A stretch of 43,036 nucleotides of DNA from a virus (Duplodnaviria; Heunggongvirae; Uroviricota; Caudoviricetes). Below the pieces are notes generated by a model. The model searched no databases and was not told the origin of the DNA. It saw only the letters and a program-made list of their open reading frames with translations. This document shows, one piece after another, positions 36,006 through 43,036 of this stretch (position 1 is its first letter; each line of letters begins with the position of its first letter). Location: the IMG/VR virus record IMGVR_UViG_2671180804_000003, positions 1 to 43,036 of that record. One strand, given 5' to 3'. The position numbers and the translations under genes are program-made.

Positions 36006-36923
36006 ATGAATAATCCGTTTTTCAAAAATATGTTGGTGTATCGCATTAGTCGCGATTTCACCATCAACCAGGAAGAGCTGGAACAGCAGCTTGAACTATT
36101 TCGCTTCACTCCATGCGGTAGCCAGGATATGGCAAAAACCGGTTGGGTATCACCACTTGGTCAGCTGTCAGATCGCTTGCATCACACTGTCAATAATCAA
36201 GTGTTGTTGGTTATTCGCCGGGAAGAAAAAATACTGCCATCTCCTGTCATTACTGAAGAACTGCGCAAGCGTGTGTCGCGTCTGGAATCCGATCAGGGGC
36301 GTCGCCTCAAAAAAACTGAGAAAGATTCGCTGCGTGATGAAGTGTTGCACTCCCTGCTTCCTCGGGCGTTCTCCAAAAACTCGACTGTTGGTTTGTGGAT
36401 CAACGTCACCGACGGTCTGATCATGGTTGATGCAGCCAGCGCTAAACGTGCCGAAGACTCACTGGCCCTGCTTCGTAAAACTCTCGGTTCTCTCCCGGTG
36501 GTACCGCTGACTATGGAAACGCCGATCGAACTAACTATGACCGACTGGGTTCGTTCCGGTAGTGCGCCTGCTGGCTTTGGCCTGGGTGATGAAGCCGAAC
36601 TGAAAGCTATTCTTGAAGATGGCGGTATTGGACGCTTTAAAAAACAGACTCTGGTCAGTGACGAAATTCATGTGCATCTGGAAGCTGGCAAAGTAGTTAC
36701 AAAGCTGTCTATCGACTGGCAACAGCGCATTCAGTTCGTTCTTTGCGATGACGGCAGCATCAAACGCCTTAAGTTCTCTAATGAGATTACAGAACAAAAC
36801 GACGATATCGACCGTGAGGATGCGGCTCAGCGGTTCGACGCTGACTTTGTTCTGATGACCGGCGAGCTTATCTCTCTCATTAACGGATTAACAACCTCTC
36901 TCGGCGGCGAAGCCAAGCGATAA
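36006..36923 (+). CDS. rdgC: Recombination-associated protein RdgC homologue
   Basis: 305 aa collinear with E. coli RdgC throughout ([60 protein letters not shown]). Confidence 0.9.
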   Translation: MNNPFFKNMLVYRISRDFTINQEELEQQLELFRFTPCGSQDMAKTGWVSPLGQLSDRLHHTVNNQVLLVIRREEKILPSPVITEELRKRVSRLESDQGRRLKKTEKDSLRDEVLHSLLPRAFSKNSTVGLWINVTDGLIMVDAASAKRAEDSLALLRKTLGSLPVVPLTMETPIELTMTDWVRSGSAPAGFGLGDEAELKAILEDGGIGRFKKQTLVSDEIHVHLEAGKVVTKLSIDWQQRIQFVLCDDGSIKRLKFSNEITEQNDDIDREDAAQRFDADFVLMTGELISLINGLTTSLGGEAKR

Positions 36924-37031
36924 ACACCAGGCAACAATTACCCCCATAAGCATGGGTTGGGTTGCTGCACGCTAAATTCAGCAATTCATTAATTTAATGG
37001 CGCGGTGCAGCGCGCCAATATGGAGAAAACC

Positions 37032-37571
37032 ATGAGCTACATTCAGACATTATCCGGCAAACACTTTAATTACCTCGATATCCAACAGGACGATATCGTC
37101 ATCGAGGATATTGCTACTGCGCTGTCTCATATCTGCCGTTTTGCTGGGCATCTTCCTGAGTTTTACAGCGTCGGCCAGCATAGCGTTTTAACCAGCCATC
37201 TCGTTCCGCAGGAGTTTGCCTTAGAAGCACTGCTTCATGATGCCGCCGAAGCCTACCTGCAAGATATTCCCTCACCGCTTAAGCGCCTGTTACCGGATTA
37301 CCAGGTGATCGAAGCTCGCGTAGACGCTGCTATTCGCCAGAAATTTGGCCTACCGACGGAGCAACACCCAACAGTGAAATATGCCGATCTGGTGATGCTC
37401 GCCAGCGAACGCCGCGATTTTGAGATTGACGAAGGTTCCGTGTGGCCATGCCTCGATGGCGTTGTCCCGACGGACCTATTCATCATCAATCCAGTTCGTC
37501 CAGGCCAGTCATACGGCATGTTCATAAATCGCTTTAATGAGTTGATGGAGCAGCGTCAATGCGCCGCATGA
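37032..37571 (+). CDS. HD-domain phosphohydrolase (YfdR-like)
   Basis: HD motif LLHDAAEAY; start MSYIQTL preceded by GGAG; resembles prophage YfdR-type HD proteins. Confidence 0.75.
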   Translation: MSYIQTLSGKHFNYLDIQQDDIVIEDIATALSHICRFAGHLPEFYSVGQHSVLTSHLVPQEFALEALLHDAAEAYLQDIPSPLKRLLPDYQVIEARVDAAIRQKFGLPTEQHPTVKYADLVMLASERRDFEIDEGSVWPCLDGVVPTDLFIINPVRPGQSYGMFINRFNELMEQRQCAA

Positions 37572-37735
37572 AGGTAAAAGAACTCGTGGCGGAGGCGTTT
37601 GCCTCCGTGGCTGAATTGCCACCAAAGCATGCATCGCTTATGCGCGAAGTCGCTACCAGGCTTGAAGCTACGTTCGCAGCATTAACCGAATCATTGGCGC
37701 AACTGGAACAGGAACGTAAAGGTAAAACGCAATGA
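37568..37735 (+). CDS. Small hypothetical protein (55 aa), translationally coupled
   Basis: ATGA overlap with upstream stop and with downstream start; below the 60-aa cutoff of the ORF track. Confidence 0.4.
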   Translation: MKVKELVAEAFASVAELPPKHASLMREVATRLEATFAALTESLAQLEQERKGKTQ

Positions 37736-37986
37736 CCGTATTTGAATATCTCCAGGGCCACCCGAACGCCACCAGCGGTGAAATCGCAAGGGCGATGGGT
37801 AAAAAGACGCCAGCCGTAGCCAGCGCACTATCTCAGCTTTATGCAACAGGGAGAATTGTTAAGTCTGGCGCACGCGGTGGGATACCGACATACCGCGTCA
37901 ATGATCTGCCGTTTGGATGCAGCAATAACTTAACGCTGATATTTAACCAGCTTCTGCGAAACGTCCGCAAAGGAGCAGCCCAATGA
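37732..37986 (+). CDS. Small putative winged-HTH protein
   Basis: 84 aa; TSGEIARAMGKKTPAVASALSQL helix-turn-helix-like segment. Confidence 0.45.
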   Translation: MTVFEYLQGHPNATSGEIARAMGKKTPAVASALSQLYATGRIVKSGARGGIPTYRVNDLPFGCSNNLTLIFNQLLRNVRKGAAQ

Positions 37987-38300
37987 GCAAATTTACGGCA
38001 TTACCAGTAGAACGCGACCAATACGGCTACTGGACTCACCCCGTCTATGAGCAATTTTGCGATGGTCGTGAATTTATCTCACCTGATGAGTTCAACGCCT
38101 GGCTGGATAAAAACGGCCTCGAATGGACGGTAGTTTACCGGGATGAAGAAGACATCGATCCTGAAGTTGATGGTTACGATATTTCAGCCTGGCAGCCAGA
38201 ATCGCCAGCCGGTGAAGGTTGGTTTGTCGGTTCAATTCACAACACCGAAGATGGCGCGGTATGCATCTGGTTACGTAACGTTGAAGGCGGTGCAGCATGA
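37983..38300 (+). CDS. Hypothetical protein
   Basis: 105 aa; overlapping start/stop with neighbours in early operon. Confidence 0.45.
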   Translation: MSKFTALPVERDQYGYWTHPVYEQFCDGREFISPDEFNAWLDKNGLEWTVVYRDEEDIDPEVDGYDISAWQPESPAGEGWFVGSIHNTEDGAVCIWLRNVEGGAA

Positions 38301-38653
38301 GCAAATCATTAAATGCACGCTGTATCCGCCGCTGGGAAGTTGAGTTCAAAGGCCTTTGTGATTCGAAGGTGAGTCCGTGGTGGAATAAGCGCGATCTCCG
38401 CGGCTATATCCGTGAATGCGCCCTGACAACTGCTGAATGCATGGTAGAGAGCCTGGCCTATAACAACGCAATGCATGATTTTTTTGCTGAAAACGGCGAT
38501 GACCGTGGCTGGTCTCCAGAATTCTCAGTTTGGTACGACAGCAGCCGTCGTGAGCAGTACAGGAAAGAAGCACTGAGCTACCTCAATGAAGAGGCCAGCA
38601 ACGACGAAATAGACGAAGAGATTCAGAACGAGCTGGAGGCCTGGAATGACTAA
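38297..38653 (+). CDS. Hypothetical protein (acidic C-terminus)
   Basis: 118 aa, coupled to flanking ORFs. Confidence 0.45.
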   Translation: MSKSLNARCIRRWEVEFKGLCDSKVSPWWNKRDLRGYIRECALTTAECMVESLAYNNAMHDFFAENGDDRGWSPEFSVWYDSSRREQYRKEALSYLNEEASNDEIDEEIQNELEAWND

Positions 38654-38915
38654 CTGCCCATCAACACCTAAACCTTTTCGCGCTGACGGCGGCGATATAA
38701 GCACTGGCCGCCTCAAAGAAATAGCGGACAATCCATACGGTGACGAAGAGAAATGCTGTCTGGCTAAGCGTGTGCTGGCGTCACTTGAAGTGGAGCCTGT
38801 GGCGTGGACTGATGCGGATGAATTGCGTGATGTAAAGAATGGAGGCAGCGGCTATCTGTTTGCTATTGGTGGTGAGGCCAATAAATTTGCTGATCCGCAC
38901 CGCCAACGCCGGTAG
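38646..38915 (+). CDS. Hypothetical protein
   Basis: 89 aa ORF in operon. Confidence 0.4.
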   Translation: MTNCPSTPKPFRADGGDISTGRLKEIADNPYGDEEKCCLAKRVLASLEVEPVAWTDADELRDVKNGGSGYLFAIGGEANKFADPHRQRR

Positions 38916-39343
38916 TGCCAGAAGAAATGCCAAAAGGTCTGGCTGGTCAGATTGTCAGTCTTCTGGCGCATAACATCGGGGATAAATTTTTGGCACAGAA
39001 AATCTGGAACGCCTGCCGCACCGCCATGCATCTGGGTGCCGAAAACACCGAGTCGCGCTGCACCATGCAGCCCGCGTCAGCATTAGATTCTTTGCCCTCA
39101 AATGCCGATTCGCGCTGCAGCAACTCTCCGGTGATTCCGGATGGTTGGAAACTGGTACCGATTGTGCCGACGGAGAAGATGGTTATCGAAGGCTTCGAGT
39201 CGGAGCCAGACGAATTCTTCAGTAAATCTGAAGTGTGGGAGGCGTATCAGAAAATGAGTGGCTGCGAACAAGCGGCGCATCGGGCCAAGTTATGCTGGGC
39301 AGCGATGATCTCAGCAGCACCACAACAGGAGGTGAAGCTGTGA
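38915..39343 (+). CDS. Hypothetical protein
   Basis: 142 aa ORF in operon. Confidence 0.4.
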   Translation: MPEEMPKGLAGQIVSLLAHNIGDKFLAQKIWNACRTAMHLGAENTESRCTMQPASALDSLPSNADSRCSNSPVIPDGWKLVPIVPTEKMVIEGFESEPDEFFSKSEVWEAYQKMSGCEQAAHRAKLCWAAMISAAPQQEVKL

Positions 39344-39579
39344 CTAAATCAGAATTCCTCCAGAAGGTAGCGGTGCTGGCCGGTGAATGCCATAAGTTGG
39401 CCTGTGAGCTGGACATAGGCGATGAACGAATAGAGATGTTCGAGATTTATGAAGTGCTTCGCCGAATCCAGCGGAGTGGTGCAGCCGGTGAAATGCTGGC
39501 TGCAACAAACCCTTTACTATCCCCTGGAATACCTGAGGACACTGAATGGGTAAATTTCCATAAAGAGGATGAGGCCTGA
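39340..39579 (+). CDS. Hypothetical protein (GTG start)
   Basis: About 79 aa from GTG overlapping upstream stop. Confidence 0.35.
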   Translation: MTKSEFLQKVAVLAGECHKLACELDIGDERIEMFEIYEVLRRIQRSGAAGEMLAATNPLLSPGIPEDTEWVNFHKEDEA

Positions 39580-39755
39580 TGCCTAAGACAATCATCATAA
39601 CCATCGAAATTGATGTTCCGGATCACGCTACCGATAGCGACATATCAGATTGGGTAGACGTCGAGTACGGGCAGTGTGGTGGACAAAAATTAGATAACCC
39701 CTGCCGTGGCGATGCCACTGAAGTAATAAACCATTCATGGAAATTTGAGAGCTAA
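39579..39755 (+). CDS. Small hypothetical protein (58 aa)
   Basis: ATG overlaps upstream stop; ends 3 nt before exonuclease gene. Confidence 0.3.
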   Translation: MPKTIIITIEIDVPDHATDSDISDWVDVEYGQCGGQKLDNPCRGDATEVINHSWKFES

Positions 39756-39757
39756 CG

Positions 39758-40330
39758 ATGAACGATTTAATGATTGACCTCGAATCAATGGGGAAAAAGC
39801 CAAACGCGCCGATCGTCTCAATTGGTGCCGTCTTTTTTAACCCTCAAACAGGTGAACTTGGCCAAGAATTCTACACGGCCGTCTCGCTTGAAAGCGCAAT
39901 GGCTCAAGGCGCGGTACCGGATGGAGATACAATTCTTTGGTGGCTAAAACAAAGCCCTGAGGCGCGCTCAGCTATTTGCGTTGATGATGCGATGCCTATC
40001 ACTGATGCACTGTCGGAACTTAGCCATTTCATTCACCGGCATGCATATAATCTCAAATACATGAAGGTCTGGGGTAACGGGGCCACCTTTGACAATGTGA
40101 TTCTGCGCGGAGCTTACGAACGCGCCGGACGCATTTGCCCGTGGGAATTTTGGAACGATCATGATGTACGCACGATTGTTACCCTCGGTCGCAGTGTTGG
40201 TTTCGATCCGAAGCGTGACATGCCTTTCATTGGCGATGTTCATAACGCCCTGGCTGATGCGCGCCATCAGGCAAAATATGTGTCAGCAATTTGGCAGAAA
40301 ATTATCCCTGCCACCAGCACCAACGAGTAA
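39758..40330 (+). CDS. 3'-5' exonuclease, DEDDh (DnaQ/RNase T-like) family
   Basis: MIDLES (Asp/Glu motif I) and HNALADARH (H-x4-D motif III). Confidence 0.7.
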   Translation: MNDLMIDLESMGKKPNAPIVSIGAVFFNPQTGELGQEFYTAVSLESAMAQGAVPDGDTILWWLKQSPEARSAICVDDAMPITDALSELSHFIHRHAYNLKYMKVWGNGATFDNVILRGAYERAGRICPWEFWNDHDVRTIVTLGRSVGFDPKRDMPFIGDVHNALADARHQAKYVSAIWQKIIPATSTNE

Positions 40331-40374
40331 ACCACTCAGCCCGGGTGCAGCCGGGCTTTATGGAGAAGGAAACC

Positions 40375-40584
40375 ATGGCAAAGCTAATGAAAGCGAGTCT
40401 CTGGAGTAAGCGCGAATTTACCAAAGACTCCATTCCTGACAACCGTACAATTAAACGTTGGGTCGAAAACGGATTACTCATGGGAAGGATTGTAGATGGT
40501 TCAGTTTTTGTCTATGAAACCGAAAAGTGGGGAGTTGACTCAATTGTTAATCAGGCGGTACGTCAGTTAATAATTGAGGGTTGA
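40375..40584 (+). CDS. xis: Excisionase (Xis)
   Basis: 69 aa; TIKRWVENGLLMGRIVDGSVFVYE resembles lambda Xis winged helix; GGAG before ATG; stop overlaps int start. Confidence 0.7.
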   Translation: MAKLMKASLWSKREFTKDSIPDNRTIKRWVENGLLMGRIVDGSVFVYETEKWGVDSIVNQAVRQLIIEG

Positions 40585-40586
40585 CC

Positions 40587-41768
40587 ATGGCAGCAAGGCC
40601 ACGAAAAAAAGAATACCGCCACCTTCCTGATTATCTTTTTTTTGATAAAGATCGTGGCGTGTATAAGTTCACGCTTATAACTGGGAAAAAGAAAACTCTC
40701 GGTTCGGATCGAGTAATGGCTATCGCCATCGCCCGAGAATATAACCTGAGGATGCGCCCTGAAAATACACCATCGATAGATTCATTAATTCGGGAATCGG
40801 GAGGGCTGAATGGTGAAGCCCACCCGTTTTCTGAACATGTTGATCGCATTATGGAGAGAGCGATCAAAGATGAGCAGCCGTCTAAAAGCACACTTGACGA
40901 TTGGAATAATGATGCCATCAGGGTTAAAGAATTTTTTAATAACATACCCGCATGCGATATTGAGCTTGAGCACGTAAATGCCTACATACGAAATTACCAT
41001 TCTGAATCGTCGGCCAATGTTCAGAACCGAAAAGTTAGCTTCCTGAAAAAGCTATTCTCTTATGCTGTTGATGAATCGCTAATGATGGATAACCCTGCAA
41101 CACGGAAAAAAATGCGGCGTGTCGATAAAAAGGTCCGCCGGCGACTCACTTTGGAACAGTTCTTGGCCATACATGCAGCTGCTGAACCTTGGCTGAAGAC
41201 TGCAATGGACCTTGCCATACAAACTACGCAAGCGCGCCTGGAAGTTTCCCGGATCCGGTACTCGATCAAGGAACCTCAAGAAGGGGTTTGCGGCTGTGTA
41301 TGGTTCGATCAGGAGGAGGCTGGCATATTCGGAACGCTTTACATTCACCGGCAAAAAGTGCAGCACAAAGAGGCTTCACACGTCGCTATTCCGATCGGCA
41401 GGGCCCTGAAAGAGATCATCGACAACAGCAGAGACAATGTGGCCAGTCCTTATGTTGTTCACCGGCTTCTGGAAAAGAGAAGCAATCCGATAAGTAAGGA
41501 AGTTAACCACCCAACACAGGTGGCCCCTGATTATTTGAGCAGGGCATTTTCAGAGCTGCGGGACCGGATAGGTGTAGCGGCAGAATTACCTATCAAAGAA
41601 AGGCCAACTTTCCACGAAATTAGAGCGCTGGCGGCTCATATTTTCGAAAGACAAGGTATCGATCCGCAGGCAAGGATGGCCCATAGTGATGCAAAATCGA
41701 CAAAAATTTATACCCAGAATCATGTTGAATGGGTTGAAGTACCACATGCAGAAATAAAAATGGCATAG
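40587..41768 (+). CDS. int: Tyrosine integrase, lambda Int family
   Basis: About 390 aa; N-terminal arm-binding-like region; C-terminal R...HxxR...Y region (HEIRALAAH, KIYTQNH). Confidence 0.9.
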   Translation: MAARPRKKEYRHLPDYLFFDKDRGVYKFTLITGKKKTLGSDRVMAIAIAREYNLRMRPENTPSIDSLIRESGGLNGEAHPFSEHVDRIMERAIKDEQPSKSTLDDWNNDAIRVKEFFNNIPACDIELEHVNAYIRNYHSESSANVQNRKVSFLKKLFSYAVDESLMMDNPATRKKMRRVDKKVRRRLTLEQFLAIHAAAEPWLKTAMDLAIQTTQARLEVSRIRYSIKEPQEGVCGCVWFDQEEAGIFGTLYIHRQKVQHKEASHVAIPIGRALKEIIDNSRDNVASPYVVHRLLEKRSNPISKEVNHPTQVAPDYLSRAFSELRDRIGVAAELPIKERPTFHEIRALAAHIFERQGIDPQARMAHSDAKSTKIYTQNHVEWVEVPHAEIKMA

Positions 41769-41792
41769 AAAAAGGCACCTGATGGTGCCTTG
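41768..41792 (-). terminator. Hairpin terminator at int stop (AGGCACC-tgat-GGTGCCT; T-run on minus strand)
   Basis: On the minus strand the stem is followed by TTTTTCT; also closes int on the plus strand. Confidence 0.45.
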
Positions 41793-41887
41793 AATAAAGT
41801 CTTGAATAAGACACCCGAAGGTGCCTTAAGTGGTTCTCTTAGCAACGAACTAAGAACGCCCACGCCTCATACCCATAATCATGAGCA

Positions 41888-41992
41888 TCAAGGACTTTTG
41901 CGGATTTCCCACGTACCTTGCGGTAACGGCAGAAAACCCAACGGAACCCTTTTGGTGCCGCTTTCGAAGCGATAGATTTCAAACTCATTCAT
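41888..41992 (-). CDS. Small ORF (34 aa) with strong Shine-Dalgarno; possibly a truncated gene at the attachment site
   Basis: TAAGGAGGTG 5 nt upstream of ATG; short ORF ending within the putative att region. Confidence 0.25.
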   Translation of the reverse strand: MNEFEIYRFESGTKRVPLGFLPLPQGTWEIRKSP

Positions 41993-42146
41993 GTAACACC
42001 TCCTTACCAAGAGAGATTTTTCCCTTGAACATCTTCCCTGAAGGTGTTAGTTTCAGGCTGTCTATTGAAGCTGTTCACGGTGGTGACGCCTCTCGGATTC
42101 ATCACCTTAAGACCCCTTGCATTGGTTGGCGCCAAGCAGGGGGTTT

Positions 42147-42668
42147 TTACATTTTGTCTAACTGATATCGTGCGGCCACTAATGATACTCCGCATGCCTC
42201 AGCTACATTTTCAGCACTCATACCTTTCAGAACATTGGCATGAATAGCCGGTACTAATAGCTCACCACTGAAACATTTGGCTTGCCACTCACTACTCTCA
42301 AAAGGGCGGATTTTTACCCCTGGAGCAGAACGCGCGAAAGCAATGTTCCTGTGCATGAGAAGATGTCCCAGTTCATGTGCGGCAGTCATCCTGTCACGCC
42401 CTACCCCATTCAAAGCACCCTCGTAAATGTCTTCACGAAGAATCAATAAATGTTCCTGTGGGTAGGTGAGACCGTGCGTCTCCCCCATTTCCTTCATCCC
42501 ACCGATATGGAGTTCAAAATCTGGGATCAACTGAGGCAATGCGAACTCAATCACCTCCATAACAGGAAACATCAGACCTGTAATACCGAAGGTGCTCCGC
42601 AGAGATCTGACGATAGAACGTATTGATTCGCGGTTCTGCGGGGGTACACGATAATCTTGTCCGCTCAA
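42147..42668 (-). CDS. ImmA/IrrE-family zinc metallopeptidase
   Basis: HExxH motif (AAHELGHLLMH); immediately downstream of XRE HTH gene. Confidence 0.8.
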   Translation of the reverse strand: MSGQDYRVPPQNRESIRSIVRSLRSTFGITGLMFPVMEVIEFALPQLIPDFELHIGGMKEMGETHGLTYPQEHLLILREDIYEGALNGVGRDRMTAAHELGHLLMHRNIAFARSAPGVKIRPFESSEWQAKCFSGELLVPAIHANVLKGMSAENVAEACGVSLVAARYQLDKM

Positions 42669-42676
42669 AATGCCTC

Positions 42677-43036
42677 CTACTGCTGTTTTCGATTCAAAAT
42701 CTGTCGTAAATTCCGGAAGTCTTCTTCATTTAACTCATCAAAACTACGAGCGAACGCAATTGCGACTTCACGAGCATGGTCGTTCTTACCTGACAAGCTG
42801 ATCTCTACTGATTGCTGAGAGTCACGAGCTGCACTGATAAGCTTTTCTTTTTGTTTTTCATCCGCATTCAGATAGCCAATGATGCTATCAAGCACGGGTT
42901 TAGTGACCGCCCTTTTACCAGTTTCGATTGCTGAAAGATAAGACGAGGTCATACCCATAGCCTCAGCCATGCTTTTAAGCGTAAGCCCCAGGTCTATGCG
43001 CATTTTTCTTACTGTCTTACCAAACGGCGTTAACAT
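42677..43036 (-). CDS. XRE-family HTH transcriptional regulator
   Basis: N-terminal HTH (LTLKSMAEAMGMTSSYLSAIETGKR); ATG at window edge. Confidence 0.8.
   Translation of the reverse strand: MLTPFGKTVRKMRIDLGLTLKSMAEAMGMTSSYLSAIETGKRAVTKPVLDSIIGYLNADEKQKEKLISAARDSQQSVEISLSGKNDHAREVAIAFARSFDELNEEDFRNLRQILNRKQQ

Larger units (their letters stand above)
1..41800 (-). mobile_element. Temperate prophage, lambda-like head/lysis/immunity with Mu-like contractile tail; left end outside window, right end near integrase
   Basis: Contiguous tail, head, terminase, lysis, Q-like, replication, cro/cI, xis and int genes in canonical lambdoid order. Confidence 0.85.

Noticed and set aside
36091-36420. 109-aa alternative-frame ORF inside rdgC
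   Set aside because: Fully contained in rdgC, which is collinear with the host protein in its own frame
41769-42160. Search for a tRNA or tmRNA gene at the integration site
   Set aside because: No cloverleaf-like sequence (no GTTCGAATCC-type T-arm or CCA end) recognisable by eye; integration into a tRNA not supported

Overview
The window is almost entirely one temperate dsDNA prophage of Enterobacteriaceae type, cut at the left inside its tail-fibre region and ending at the right just past a lambda-family integrase (about 41.8 kb). It is a mosaic: Mu-like contractile tail and baseplate genes (1-12.9 kb, minus strand), lambda-like head and packaging genes with a cos-type repeat array (12.9-21 kb), then a lambda-like lysis cassette. 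The immunity switch (Cro-like, cI-like with S24 peptidase domain, three related palindromic operators) sits at 34-35.2 kb, followed by a plus-strand early operon (rdgC homologue, HD hydrolase, exonuclease, xis, int). An XRE/ImmA gene pair lies beyond the integrase at the window edge. The best candidate for an undescribed system is an AT-rich two-gene cassette (24844-26024) in the Q-to-lysis cargo slot: a small protein with a HEPN-like R-x6-H motif, translationally coupled to an unrecognised 250-aa helical partner, with its own terminator and preceded by a cluster of DnaA-box 9-mers. Other points worth a second look are a probable invertible tail-fibre segment, three DNA methyltransferases, a convergent overlapping pair of zinc-ribbon ORFs next to cI, and a programmed -1 frameshift in the tail chaperone. 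All calls rest on reading the ORF translations and sequence by eye; no database search was run, and coordinates of short motifs may be off by 1-2 bp.
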